64,000 bases of DNA from an uncultured Acidobacteriota bacterium (GTDB lineage Bacteria; Acidobacteriota; Thermoanaerobaculia; UBA5066; DATFVB01). A program made the position numbers and the translations under genes. Shown here one piece after another: positions 51,635 to 61,357 of the stretch. The notes under the pieces were generated by a model. It had not been told where the DNA came from, did no database searches, and saw only the letters and a list, made by a program, of their open reading frames with translations. Position 1 is the first letter of the stretch. Every line of letters starts with the position of its first letter. Where the stretch lies: the NCBI GenBank assembly GCA_963813155.1, contig CAWEYG010000005.1, positions 96,001 through 160,000 on the forward strand. The letters are read 5' to 3'.

Positions 51635-52887
51635 GCAGCGTCCGGTCGGCCGAAGCTCCCGCGCAGCCCCTTCTGGACACCCGCAGGATCCGACGTGATT
51701 TTCCGATTCTCGGGCAGAAAATCCACGGACACGACCTCGTGTACCTCGACAACGCGGCGTCGAGCCAGAAACCGACCGACGTCATCGATTCCGAACGGGA
51801 CGTCTACACGCACTACTACTCCAACATCCACCGGGGCGTTCACTGGCTCTCCGAGCAGTCGACGAAAGCCTACGAGGACTCCCGCAAGACAGTCCAGAGA
51901 TTCGTGAACGCCCGCGAATGCCGGGAAATCATTTTCGTCCGGGGCACGACGGAAGGAATCAATCTGGTCGCGCAGACGTACGGCCGCCGGCATGTGGGAT
52001 CGGGAGACGAGGTCCTGATCACGGCGATGGAGCATCACTCCAACATCGTTCCCTGGCAGATGCTCTGCGAAGAAAAGGGCGCCCGGCTCCGGGTGGCCCC
52101 GATCGACGACCGCGGCGACCTGATCGTCGAGGAGTTCGAGCGGCTTCTCGGCGACCGGACGAAGATCGTCGCTCTCTCCCACGTGTCGAACTCCCTCGGA
52201 ACGATCAATCCGGTGCGGGAACTCATCGCCATGGCGCACCGCCGGGGAGTGCCGGTCCTCGTCGACGGAGCGCAGGCGGTTCCACATCTCTCCGTCGACG
52301 TCGTCGAACTCGACTGCGATTTCTACGTCTTTTCGAGCCACAAGGTCTACGGCCCGACCGGCGTCGGCGTCCTGTACGGCAAGGCCGCGCTGCTCGAAGC
52401 CATGCCTCCCTACCAGGGGGGAGGCGACATGATCAGCTCCGTGACGTTCGAGAAGACGACCTACAACGTGCTGCCGTACAAGTTCGAGGCGGGAACGCCG
52501 AACATCGCGGGAGTGATCGGGCTGGGGGCGGCGATCGACTACGTCGAGCGGATCGGGCTCGCGAGGATCGCCGCGCACGAATCGGACCTCCTCGCGTACG
52601 CGACGGAACGCCTCTCCTGCGTGGCGGGACTGCGAATCGTCGGGACCGCCCGGGAGAAGGCCGCCGTGATCTCTTTCGTCCTGGAGGGCATCCATCCTCA
52701 CGACGTGGGCACCGTGCTCGACCAGGAGGGGATCGCCGTGCGCACGGGCCACCACTGCGCGCAGCCGGTGATGGACCGGTTCGGCGTGCCGGCGACCGCC
52801 CGCGCGTCCTTTGCGGTCTACAACACCCGGGACGAAGTGGACGCGCTCGTTTCGGGCCTCGGAAAGGTCCGCGAGGTTCTCGGCTGA
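51631..52887 (+). CDS. sufS: cysteine desulfurase SufS
   Basis: YLDNAASSQKP, EHHSNIVPWQ, SSHKVYGPTG, RTGHHCAQP. Confidence 0.97.
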   Translation: MSSVRSAEAPAQPLLDTRRIRRDFPILGQKIHGHDLVYLDNAASSQKPTDVIDSERDVYTHYYSNIHRGVHWLSEQSTKAYEDSRKTVQRFVNARECREIIFVRGTTEGINLVAQTYGRRHVGSGDEVLITAMEHHSNIVPWQMLCEEKGARLRVAPIDDRGDLIVEEFERLLGDRTKIVALSHVSNSLGTINPVRELIAMAHRRGVPVLVDGAQAVPHLSVDVVELDCDFYVFSSHKVYGPTGVGVLYGKAALLEAMPPYQGGGDMISSVTFEKTTYNVLPYKFEAGTPNIAGVIGLGAAIDYVERIGLARIAAHESDLLAYATERLSCVAGLRIVGTAREKAAVISFVLEGIHPHDVGTVLDQEGIAVRTGHHCAQPVMDRFGVPATARASFAVYNTRDEVDALVSGLGKVREVLG

Positions 52888-53348
52888 TGTCGGACCTGAA
52901 GGCCCTCTACCAGGAGGTCATCCTCGACCACAACCGGAACCCCCGCAACTTCGGAAAGCTCGAGAGCGCGAACCACCGGGCAGACGGGCACAATCCCCTC
53001 TGCGGCGACCGCCTGACGGTCTACGCCGACCTCGAAGGAGACCGCATCGCGGACCTCCGATTCGAAGGCTCGGGGTGCGCGATCTCCAAGGCGTCCGCGT
53101 CGATCATGACGACCGAGCTCAAACAGAAATCGACGGCCGAGGCGAACGCGATCTTCGAGAAATTCCACCGCATGGTGACGGGCGAAATCCCGGAGTCGGA
53201 GGTGGAGTCGCTCGGCAAACTCGCGGCGTTTTCCGGGGTTCGCGAATTTCCGGTGCGGGTGAAGTGTGCCAGCCTGCCGTGGCACACGCTGCAGGCGGCG
53301 CTCCGATCTTCGTCGTCGGCCCCCGAGCCGGTTTCGACCGAAGAATAA
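52887..53348 (+). CDS. sufU: SufU (NifU-like) protein
   Basis: LYQEVILDH, NPLCGD, GCAISKASAS, RVKCASLPW. Confidence 0.95.
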   Translation: MSDLKALYQEVILDHNRNPRNFGKLESANHRADGHNPLCGDRLTVYADLEGDRIADLRFEGSGCAISKASASIMTTELKQKSTAEANAIFEKFHRMVTGEIPESEVESLGKLAAFSGVREFPVRVKCASLPWHTLQAALRSSSSAPEPVSTEE

Positions 53349-53352
53349 TCCC

Positions 53353-53463
53353 TCAGAGCCTCTCGAGAAGCCTCCACGCGACCATCGCGAAGGTGAAGGC
53401 TCCGACGGCCATCGTGAGCACGAAGAGACAGCCCGACATGGCGGCGCCGATCTCGGGGTTCAT
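53353..53463 (-). CDS. possible small membrane peptide (36 aa)
   Basis: MNPEIGAAMSGCLFVLTMAVGAFTFAMVAWRLLERL, downstream of the ABC permease. Confidence 0.4.
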   Translation of the reverse strand: MNPEIGAAMSGCLFVLTMAVGAFTFAMVAWRLLERL

Positions 53464-53505
53464 CGTCCGTCCCATTGAAAGTCGGCTCTCGCGGGATGCA
53501 TTTCG

Positions 53506-54435
53506 TCAGATCGGTTCCCGGTAGCGTCGCAGCCGCACCGCGGCCGCCAGACAAACGGCGGCGAACGCGAGCCCGATCCAGAAGCCCGGGCTTGCGAGGA
53601 ATTGACCCGGGCTCGCGGAAGGCATCGAAGACATCGACATGTTCTTGCCGGCGGAGGCCATGTCTTCGGGACCGCCCACGAAGCGGTGCCGGAGCAGGTC
53701 GGCGAAATGCGACGTGTTGAACGCGATCTTTTCGACGAGGCCGATCGTGAGCGGCGGCAGCACGGCCCAGAGAAATGGGGCGCGCCGCGACCAGGCCGAG
53801 ACCAGCAGCAACCAGCCCCAGAACGGCGCCCACCAGAGGGCATGGACCGCGACGAGGTGATAGAGCAGCCTCAGCCCGTCGGGAAAAAGATCGAACCGCG
53901 CCCACGTCGTGGCGGCAAGACCGCTCGGCAGCAGGACGAGGCTGCTCCAGAGCATCATCACCAGTTGCAGGGTGACGGTGACGGCGAACGTGATCAGCGG
54001 GAGGACCACGAACGGAATGCTCGCCTTCGAGAGAACGGTCGTCAGATCGGAAACCGGCAGCGACTTCCAGAACAGGATGCTCCGATCGCGGCGTTCGCCG
54101 TGCAGCGCGTCGAGACAGTAGAACACGCCGACGACCATCGTGATGAACATGATCAGGAGCGCGGCGAAGTTGTACGGCTGCCCGATGGCGGCCCGCTGCT
54201 GCGCCGCGTTGAGCAACAAGACGGCGCGGCGACGGGACGGCATGCCGACCGCGCTCACGACGAACCCGATGAACGCGACGGCAGCGGCAACGAGCGGCGC
54301 GATGTAAAGCGAACGGTTCTCCCACAGTTCGCGCCGCACCGACCAGTACAGGGGTCGAGTTTCCGACAGGGTCGAGGGAGCGGTCTCTTGCGGGTCGACC
54401 GCGGACCCGGCCGCGGTGCTGGCTGGAAAATTCAT
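53506..54435 (-). CDS. ABC-2-type transporter permease
   Basis: WSVRRELWENRS, DRSILFWKSLPVSD; multiple TM helices. Confidence 0.88.
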   Translation of the reverse strand: MNFPASTAAGSAVDPQETAPSTLSETRPLYWSVRRELWENRSLYIAPLVAAAVAFIGFVVSAVGMPSRRRAVLLLNAAQQRAAIGQPYNFAALLIMFITMVVGVFYCLDALHGERRDRSILFWKSLPVSDLTTVLSKASIPFVVLPLITFAVTVTLQLVMMLWSSLVLLPSGLAATTWARFDLFPDGLRLLYHLVAVHALWWAPFWGWLLLVSAWSRRAPFLWAVLPPLTIGLVEKIAFNTSHFADLLRHRFVGGPEDMASAGKNMSMSSMPSASPGQFLASPGFWIGLAFAAVCLAAAVRLRRYREPI

Positions 54436-55314
54436 GCGGTCACTCCTTGTCCGAACCCCGTTCCGGCCGGATTGCCCATCACGGCCACGAACACGTCGGC
54501 GATGCCGGGTGTGCGGACGTCGCCGAGCTCGGCGAGCTTCTGACGATCGGCGCGATCGAACAGGAGGAGGGTGCGGCCGATCGCCTGACGCTCGTGGATG
54601 GGCTTGAGCGCCCTTGCCGCCGCCATGTGATCGGGATGCACCATCACTTCCACGATAACGCGATTCGAAATCTTCCATGCTGCATTCGAGCACGATGCGG
54701 CCGCGGTCGATGAACATGAGGTCGGTGAGGACGTCCTGGATCTCCTCGACCTGATGCGTCGTGACGACGATCGTGCGGCTGCGATCGAAGTAATCGTTCA
54801 GCAGCGAGTCGTAGAACTGTTTGCGGTAGAGGATGTCGAGGCCGAGCGTCGGCTCGTCCAGCACGAGCAGTCGCGCGTCGATGGCCATGACCAGCGCGAG
54901 GTGCAGCTGGGCCACCATGCCCTTCGACAGCTCCCGGACCTTGCTCGCGCGCGGGATCGTGGTTCTTGCGAGAAAGCCCTCGGCCTTCGCGCGGTCGAAT
55001 CGCGGATGCACGCCGGCGACGTAGTCGAGGGCTTGCGAGACTCGAATCCAGCGCGGCAGCACCGCGACGTCGGCGATGAAGCAGACGTCGCGCATGACCC
55101 GGTCGCGCTCGGTCCAGGGATCGCGTCCGAGCACCCTCAGTTCGCCCTGATACGAGGTGAGGCCGAGGATCGCGTTGAGCGCGGTCGTCTTTCCGGCGCC
55201 GTTGGGGCCGACGATCCCGAGGATGCGGCCCTCTTCGACGCGCAGGTCGATGCCGTCGAGGGCGACGGTCGCGCCAAACGCCTTCCGGAGCCCGCGGGCT
55301 TCTATCGTTGCCAT
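54432..55314 (-). CDS. ABC transporter ATP-binding protein, frameshifted at ~54655
   Basis: GPNGAGKTT, LSKGM, LDEPTLGLD; true C-terminus (EVMVHPD...TPGIADVFVAVM) in the 54432-54653 frame. Confidence 0.88.
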
Positions 55315-55318
55315 GGCT

Positions 55319-55690
55319 TCAACGCTCCTTCTCTGGGACTATCGGCGGCTGCAGCAGTTCTTCCGGTGCCAGGCCGAGTCGCTGGATGGTCGCGTGAACC
55401 CTCGGCCATTCTTCCGCCAGAAACTTCCGGCGCTCGCTCTGCACCAGCAGGTCGCGCGCGCCGGCATTGATGAACATTCCCAGGCCCCGCCGGCTCTCGA
55501 CGATCTGTTCGTCGACCAGCTGTTGATAGCCCTTCAGGACCGTGAGCGGATTGACCCGATACTCCGCCGCGACGTTGCGCACCGACGGCAGCGGATCGCC
55601 CTCCTTGAGGACCCCGTCGAGGATCATCGCGACGACGCGGTCCCGCAGCTGGCGGTAGATCGGCTGGCTGTCATTCCACTCACGGTCCAT
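55319..55690 (-). CDS. GntR family regulator (YtrA subfamily)
   Basis: PIYRQLRD, LPSVRNVA, VNPLTVLKGYQQL, RRGLGMF; upstream of the ABC genes. Confidence 0.93.
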   Translation of the reverse strand: MDREWNDSQPIYRQLRDRVVAMILDGVLKEGDPLPSVRNVAAEYRVNPLTVLKGYQQLVDEQIVESRRGLGMFINAGARDLLVQSERRKFLAEEWPRVHATIQRLGLAPEELLQPPIVPEKER

Positions 55691-55710
55691 TCTGGCTTCC
55701 CGGACAGTCC

Positions 55711-56307
55711 TTACCAGAGTTCCGTTTCCGTGGCTTTGGTTCGCTGCAAGTCGAAGTGGGCGTGGATCGGCTTGTCTCCCATCATGAAGGTCCAGTCTTC
55801 GGAGTGATGGTTCGCGTCGATGAGGGTAAACACCGCGTGGTGCATGTGGTACTTCGGGTTCCCGCTGATGTCCGCGAACTCGAACTCGACCGTCTTGCCG
55901 TCGGGTGACATCTTGCCGGTCATACGCGGGCGATTTCCGGCGTCGCAATAGTGAATGAGCGTCAGCTGATCCCCATCCAGATAAAGCATCGTGACCGGAT
56001 GGTCGAATTTTGTCGGATCCAACGGCGTTCCGCCTTCCTGCAGCTCGTGTACGAGCGTGTTTCCCCGGGAGGTCACTCGCATCGAGAGATGGATCGGTTT
56101 TCCGCCCGACATCGCCGGCACTTCCGGGACGTTGACCGGGCCTTCCCACTTGCCCGCGAGGGTTTTCAGGGTGTCGAAGGAGATCTGCGCGTCGGACCTG
56201 GGCGCGGCGGACTTCGGCATGTCCATCTTGTGGCCCTCGGACTGGGCATAGGCCGCGGCCGCCAGCGACATGAGGACGACGGTCAGCACGGGACGAAGGG
56301 ATTTCAT
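55711..56307 (-). CDS. conserved secreted hypothetical protein
   Basis: RBS GGAGG; signal peptide; LKTLAGKWEG, LIHYCDAGNRPRM. Confidence 0.7.
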   Translation of the reverse strand: MKSLRPVLTVVLMSLAAAAYAQSEGHKMDMPKSAAPRSDAQISFDTLKTLAGKWEGPVNVPEVPAMSGGKPIHLSMRVTSRGNTLVHELQEGGTPLDPTKFDHPVTMLYLDGDQLTLIHYCDAGNRPRMTGKMSPDGKTVEFEFADISGNPKYHMHHAVFTLIDANHHSEDWTFMMGDKPIHAHFDLQRTKATETELW

Positions 56308-56409
56308 GTTCGATCCTCCTGAGGAGATTCCGGTTCGTTTCTTTCTTGCACCGCTGCGTCTTGCCGAAAGGTCATCGCGGGCGGTGTTGACTTCGCGAGC
56401 GCTCATCAC

Positions 56410-56429
56410 TGCTATAGTTAACTATAACA
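56410..56429. promoter_or_regulatory. palindromic operator, probably for the YtrA-like GntR
   Basis: TGc-TATAGTTAACTATA-aCA; perfect 14-bp core upstream of the GntR/ABC operon. Confidence 0.65.
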
Positions 56430-56566
56430 CTGATGGCAATGCAAGCTATTTTTTAGCCTTTCTGAAGCGTGCCGCTCTTAATGTCTATCTAATTAGAAGA
56501 ATGACTGTTACAGGTAGCACTAGAAGTAAGATATACTAAACAATATCAGTATGATATAGTAACCTA

Positions 56567-56866
56567 ATGCTAGATTCTGTAGTCTACGCCCGACGGAAAG
56601 CCGGTCTCTCCCAAAGAGCGCTTGCGGAACGGGCGGGGATCACCCAGGCCACGATCGCGAGGATCGAGAAGGGCGAGATCGACCCGCGTTCGGACACGGT
56701 TGTAAGGCTTCTGCGGGCGTGCGGCTTCGAGCTCGAGGTGATGCCGCTGTCCGGAGTTGGCGTCGACCGGACGGCGATCCGGGAGTTGCTCAAGCTATCT
56801 CCCGCGCAACGCGTGCGCCTCGCGACGCAGGAAGCCCGAAATCTCGAACGGTCGCTCGGCCGATGA
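56567..56866 (+). CDS. XRE-family HTH protein (putative antitoxin)
   Basis: ARRKAGLSQRALAERAGITQATIARIEKG..DP; palindrome ATATCA-GTA-TGATAT at 56543-56557 just upstream. Confidence 0.85.
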   Translation: MLDSVVYARRKAGLSQRALAERAGITQATIARIEKGEIDPRSDTVVRLLRACGFELEVMPLSGVGVDRTAIRELLKLSPAQRVRLATQEARNLERSLGR

Positions 56867-57360
56867 AAGGGCCGGCGGTTTTCGATCCGCTCCTGGCATT
56901 CGGGGCCTTGTCGAAGCAGGGCGTCCGGTTCGTCGTCGTCGGAGGTTTCGCGGGGCGGATCTGGGGCTCCCCGACCGTGACGAACGACGTCGACATTTGC
57001 TACGCGCGCGACCGGGCCAACCTGGAAAGGCTCGCGACTGCGCTCTCGAGCCTTCACGCTCGCCTGCGCGGAGCTCCGGAGGCTGTCCCATTCCAGTTGG
57101 ATGCGCGAACGCTCGAGGCTGGCGATCACTTTACTTTCGTCACGGACGCCGGAAATCTCGACTGCCTCGGCGTTCCCGCCGGATCCAACGGCTACGACGA
57201 TCTCGCGAGCACGGCGGCGGAATTCGACGTCGGAAAGGTCAAGGTCAAGGTCGCGGCGCTCGAGGACCTGATCCGGATGAAACGAGCCGCCGGCCGGCCG
57301 AAGGACCGGATCGAGGTCGAGGTGCTGAAAGCCCTGCAGGAAGAGATCGAGGGGCGTTAA
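56863..57360 (+). CDS. nucleotidyltransferase-fold protein (putative toxin)
   Basis: FVVVGGFA...G...T.DVDI (GG...DxD) and LI.MK.AAGRPKD; ATGA overlap with the HTH gene. Confidence 0.8.
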   Translation: MKGPAVFDPLLAFGALSKQGVRFVVVGGFAGRIWGSPTVTNDVDICYARDRANLERLATALSSLHARLRGAPEAVPFQLDARTLEAGDHFTFVTDAGNLDCLGVPAGSNGYDDLASTAAEFDVGKVKVKVAALEDLIRMKRAAGRPKDRIEVEVLKALQEEIEGR

Positions 57361-58703
57361 CGGGCCTTCGCGTACTGCGGGTTCTGGGCGCGAAGCGCCG
57401 AGACCGCGCGGACTACCTCGCCGATCGTGTAATCGACCTCTTCTTCCGTGTTGAATCGGCCAAGGCCGAACCGCACGGAAGAAAATGCGAGCTCGTCGGG
57501 AACGCCGATCGCCTTCTGCACGTGCGACGGCTCGATCGAGGCCGATGTGCATGCAACCGTGTAGTCGACCTCTTCCTCCGTGTTGAAGCGCCCGAGTCCG
57601 AACCGCACGGAGGAGAACGCGAGATCGTCGGGCACGCCGATCGCCTTCTGCACGTGCGACGGCTCGATCGACGCCGACGTGCACGCGGCGCCGGAGGACA
57701 CGGCGACGTCGCGGATGCTCGTCAGGAGCGCTTCTCCCTCGACGTAGCCGAACGAGAGATTGAGATTGCCCGGCAGGCGCCGTTCTTCGGACCGGAGATT
57801 TCCGTCGGCGTCGATCTCCGGAAGCAAGGCGCCGTTCAGGTGCACTTCGTCGAGCTGCGAGGTGATTCCTTCGTGAAGCCGGTTTCGCAGCCGCCGCAGG
57901 CGGGCTGTTTCCGCGTCGAATTCCGCTTTCGCGAGCTCGCACGCTTTCGCGAGACCGACGATCCCGGGGACGTTCAACGTTCCCGACCGAAGGCCGTGCT
58001 CGTGGCCGCCGCCGTAGAAAATCGGCTGAAGCCGGACGCGGGGATTCTTGCCGCGAACGTACAGCGCCCCGGCTCCCTTGGGTCCATAAATCTTGTGGGC
58101 TGTGATAGATACAAGGTCAGCATGAAATTCTTCCACGTGGAACGGTAGTTTTCCGACGCCCTGAACGGCGTCGCTGTGAAAGAAGACTCCGCGCTCCCGG
58201 CAGAAAGCCGCGATCTCCTGGATCGGATGAACCGTTCCGATCTCGTTGTTCGCGAGCATCAACGTGACGAGGATCGTCTGTTCCCGGAGGGCGCCCCGGA
58301 CCTGGTCGGCCTCGACCCTGCCGAATCGATCCGGCGAGAGGTACGTGACCTCGAAGCCTTCCTTCTCGAGCTCTTTGCACGAATCGAGCACGGCCTTGTG
58401 TTCCGTGAGGCACGTGACGATGTGGTTTCCCTTTTCGCGGTAAAGGCGCGCGACGCCGAAGATCGCGAGATTGTCCGACTCCGTCGCTCCCGACGTGAAC
58501 ACGATTTCTTTCGCGGAGGCGCCGAGGAAATCCGCCACCCTCTCCCGGGCCTGGTCCACCGCGGCTTCCGCCTCCCAGCCGTAAAGGTGATTGCGGGAGG
58601 CCGCGTTTCCGAACGACGTCGTCAGGTACGGCATCATGGCGTCCAGGACTCTGGGGTCGATCGGGGTGGTCGCGTGGTTGTCCATGTAGATCGGGGTTTT
58701 CAT
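57357..58703 (-). CDS. iscS: IscS-type cysteine desulfurase with an internal 44-aa tandem duplication
   Basis: [51 protein letters not shown]. Confidence 0.92.
   Translation of the reverse strand: MKTPIYMDNHATTPIDPRVLDAMMPYLTTSFGNAASRNHLYGWEAEAAVDQARERVADFLGASAKEIVFTSGATESDNLAIFGVARLYREKGNHIVTCLTEHKAVLDSCKELEKEGFEVTYLSPDRFGRVEADQVRGALREQTILVTLMLANNEIGTVHPIQEIAAFCRERGVFFHSDAVQGVGKLPFHVEEFHADLVSITAHKIYGPKGAGALYVRGKNPRVRLQPIFYGGGHEHGLRSGTLNVPGIVGLAKACELAKAEFDAETARLRRLRNRLHEGITSQLDEVHLNGALLPEIDADGNLRSEERRLPGNLNLSFGYVEGEALLTSIRDVAVSSGAACTSASIEPSHVQKAIGVPDDLAFSSVRFGLGRFNTEEEVDYTVACTSASIEPSHVQKAIGVPDELAFSSVRFGLGRFNTEEEVDYTIGEVVRAVSALRAQNPQYAKAR
57426..57686. repeat. tandem repeat inside iscS, period 132 bp, 2 copies
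   Basis: 57426-57554 versus 57558-57686: 14 mismatches in 129 bp. Confidence 0.95.
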
Positions 58704-58763
58704 GTTCCTCGCTCCGGACGCGATTTTACGCCCCATTTTCTAAATGGTAATCTTACGCTTCAG

Positions 58764-60353
58764 ATGTCCACGGTCCACCTGCCCGAAGACAAGGCGTTTT
58801 CGTTTCTCTCCGCTCCGCCGCGGGTGCAGCTCTCCCATGCGTTTTCGAGGCCGTTCGAGAACGTCGTCGCGGCGGCGAGGACGTGTTATTCGAGCAAGGG
58901 TGTCATCGACGAGGACCAGGCATCCCGCAATCCGGAGCGCCGGGACGCTCTCGCCCGCTCGATCTACGCCGCCGGGCACCACACGACGTTCCAGCACGCG
59001 AGCTTTCAGTTCACGATGTCGAACGTTTCGCGCCAGTTCCTGTGGTCGTTCCTCCACAGCCATCCTTTCTACAATTCCGAGCAGGTTTCGCAGAGGTACG
59101 TGGAGGTCAAGGCGGGCAACTTCGCGGTCCCGCCGCTCTTGCCGCGGGACCGGGAGCTCTACGAGGCCTGCGCGCGGCTTCAGAACGAGAATTACGCGAA
59201 GCTCACTCGGCTCCTCGTTCCGATTTGCCGCGAGCGGTATTTCGAGCTCTTCCCCGGCCGACTGCGCGGCGACGGGCCTCAGCGCTTCCAGTCTTCGGTC
59301 GTCAAGCGGGCGCAGGAAATTGCCCGTTACGTGCTTCCCGTCGCGACGTTCGCGTACCTGTACCACACGGTTTCCGGGATAACGCTCTTTCGCTACCACC
59401 GGCTTTGCGAATCGTTCGACGCTCCGACCGAGCAGAAATACGTCGTCGGCCGGATGATCGAGGAAGTCCTCGCGTTCGACCCTCTCTACGCAAGCGTCCT
59501 GGAAGACCCGATCCCGCTGGAGGAGACGCCCGAGTACCTCGTGTTCGAGCGCCTCGCGAATCGGAGCTCCGGCTCGGCGGAATTCCGCCGCGAATTCGAC
59601 GCTTCGCTCGGCGGGCGAACGTCTCTTCTCGTCGACGCGAAGGCGCGCAACGAAGAGATCCTGGCGTCGTCCGTGCGAGAGGTTCTCGGCCTCGCGAGCG
59701 CGGAAATGACCGACGACGAGGCGATCGCGCTCTGCCTCGACCCGGGCAAAAACCGGCTGCTCGGCGAGACGCTGACGTTGACGACCCACGGAAAGCTGTC
59801 GCGCGCGATGTTCCATCCCGGTTACACGTTCCGCAAGAAGCTCTCCCACACGGCCGACTCGCAGGACCAGCGCCACCGGATGACGCCCGCCTCGCGCCCC
59901 GCGCTCGGGGCATACCTGTCCGACGAGCCCGATTACCTCGTTCCGATGCTCGTCGACGAAGTTCCGGAGGCCGCGGCGCTCTACCGTGAAACGATGGAAG
60001 AAACGTGGAACGCGATCGGAAGACTGCGCGCGGCGGGCGTCGCGGACGAGTTCGCGGCCTATCTCCTGCCCAACGCCGTGCCGATCCGGTTCACCGAATC
60101 GGCCGACCTGCTGAACCTCCACCACAAGATGGCGATGCGCCTCTGCTACAACGCGCAGGAAGAGATCTGGAAGGCGTCCGTCGAAGAGGCGACGCAGATC
60201 CGCGAGGTGAACCCGCGCATCGGCAAGTGGCTGCTTCCTCCGTGCGGCCTGCGCCACGCCGCGGGCGTGCGCCCCGTTTGCCCGGAAGGGGACCGCTTCT
60301 GCGGCGACATCGTGTGGAAGAAGGACTTGCCGGAGTACCGCCGCAAGCTGTAG
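58764..60353 (+). CDS. FAD-dependent thymidylate synthase-like protein with two tandem ThyX domains
   Basis: AARTCYS, GHHTTFQH, SQRYV and ARYVLP in domain 1; QRHRM, YLLPNA, RLCYNAQEEI, C.EG..C in domain 2. Confidence 0.8.
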   Translation: MSTVHLPEDKAFSFLSAPPRVQLSHAFSRPFENVVAAARTCYSSKGVIDEDQASRNPERRDALARSIYAAGHHTTFQHASFQFTMSNVSRQFLWSFLHSHPFYNSEQVSQRYVEVKAGNFAVPPLLPRDRELYEACARLQNENYAKLTRLLVPICRERYFELFPGRLRGDGPQRFQSSVVKRAQEIARYVLPVATFAYLYHTVSGITLFRYHRLCESFDAPTEQKYVVGRMIEEVLAFDPLYASVLEDPIPLEETPEYLVFERLANRSSGSAEFRREFDASLGGRTSLLVDAKARNEEILASSVREVLGLASAEMTDDEAIALCLDPGKNRLLGETLTLTTHGKLSRAMFHPGYTFRKKLSHTADSQDQRHRMTPASRPALGAYLSDEPDYLVPMLVDEVPEAAALYRETMEETWNAIGRLRAAGVADEFAAYLLPNAVPIRFTESADLLNLHHKMAMRLCYNAQEEIWKASVEEATQIREVNPRIGKWLLPPCGLRHAAGVRPVCPEGDRFCGDIVWKKDLPEYRRKL

Positions 60354-60430
60354 ATCCCTTCCCCTCAGAGACTTTGAACCACTCATTCCCGGATTAGTAA
60401 AAAGTCATAAAATGTGCTAAAAAGTTCTGA

Positions 60431-60973
60431 ATGGGCGCCCTCACAATTATCGCTGGAGAACGGCTGGGAAAGGCCACGCTGGCGAAACGACGGAAGCTAA
60501 GAATCAGGCTGGAGACGATCGACACGGCTGCGACCCGCCTGACCGGCGTTCGTAGAACTCAAGAGTACGCGACACACGTTGCAGAGATTGACGAGGTTCT
60601 TTTCGAATACGCCCGCGAGTCTGACTCCGACGAACGGAAGAATATTCTGCGGACGCTCGAAGAGATCGTCGAGGATGAACCGTTGGCTCTGCCGACTCAG
60701 AGCATCGAAGAATGGAGCGATCAGCTCTCGCCCGGTGACGTGCGGAAGAAGGGCCTGCGACTCCGCGGCGGACGAGAAATTCGACCTTTCCTGAAGAGAT
60801 ACTTCTCGCTCCGGGCCAGGTCGGGGATGCGCACGCAGGCCGACGTCGCGAAGAAGGCCGGTCTCTCACGGACTCACGTTGCCTCTCTGGAATCAGGAAA
60901 TCACTATCCGCAACAGAAGACGCTTCAGAAGCTGGCGAAGGCCTTTCGCGTGGACGTTACCGATCTGATGTAG
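60431..60973 (+). CDS. protein with C-terminal XRE HTH and ~115-aa N-terminal extension
   Basis: TQADVAKKAGLSRTHVASLESGNHYPQQKTLQKLAKAF; AT-richer codon usage. Confidence 0.8.
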   Translation: MGALTIIAGERLGKATLAKRRKLRIRLETIDTAATRLTGVRRTQEYATHVAEIDEVLFEYARESDSDERKNILRTLEEIVEDEPLALPTQSIEEWSDQLSPGDVRKKGLRLRGGREIRPFLKRYFSLRARSGMRTQADVAKKAGLSRTHVASLESGNHYPQQKTLQKLAKAFRVDVTDLM

Positions 60974-61357
60974 TCACCGCCACGGGGGCTGGCCGTCCGC
61001 CAGCGCTTGTTTCAGTTTTCGAATTCGATGATCTGCGCGGATTCGGTCCGCTTTTGAGATCGCGTTGGTCTTTTTCCAGAACAGGTCGACTACGTAGATC
61101 GTTTTCGATTTCTCGTGGATCCAGAAAATGGCTCGGAGCCAGCCCCGTTTTCCGATCGCAGGGTGCTCGACCCGGAGTTCCATTCCTTCCCCGCACGGCT
61201 CGATTTCCAGCTCGGAAGTATTCGGGTAGAAGTGCAGCTTTCTTACTAGTTTGATTCCTTCGCGGAGTTGATCTTCAGAAAGCTCCTTCGATGCCCATCG
61301 CTGGACTATTGGGAGAGGCAGAACAACATACTTTGCGTCCAGGGGATTCTTGTTCAC
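60974..61357 (-). CDS. RelE/ParE superfamily (Gp49/HigB-like) toxin candidate
   Basis: GMELRV...LRAIFW...IYVVDLFWKKTN...RIR pattern. Confidence 0.65.
   Translation of the reverse strand: MNKNPLDAKYVVLPLPIVQRWASKELSEDQLREGIKLVRKLHFYPNTSELEIEPCGEGMELRVEHPAIGKRGWLRAIFWIHEKSKTIYVVDLFWKKTNAISKADRIRADHRIRKLKQALADGQPPWR

Noticed and set aside
53506-55314. Apparent 602-aa ABC ATPase-permease fusion
   Set aside because: A single indel at ~54655 creates it. The normal ATPase C-terminus is in another frame and ends in an ATGA overlap with the permease start.
57426-57686. iscS repeat as a diversity-generating retroelement TR/VR pair
   Set aside because: The differences are synonymous third-position changes, not adenine-specific, and no reverse transcriptase is nearby.
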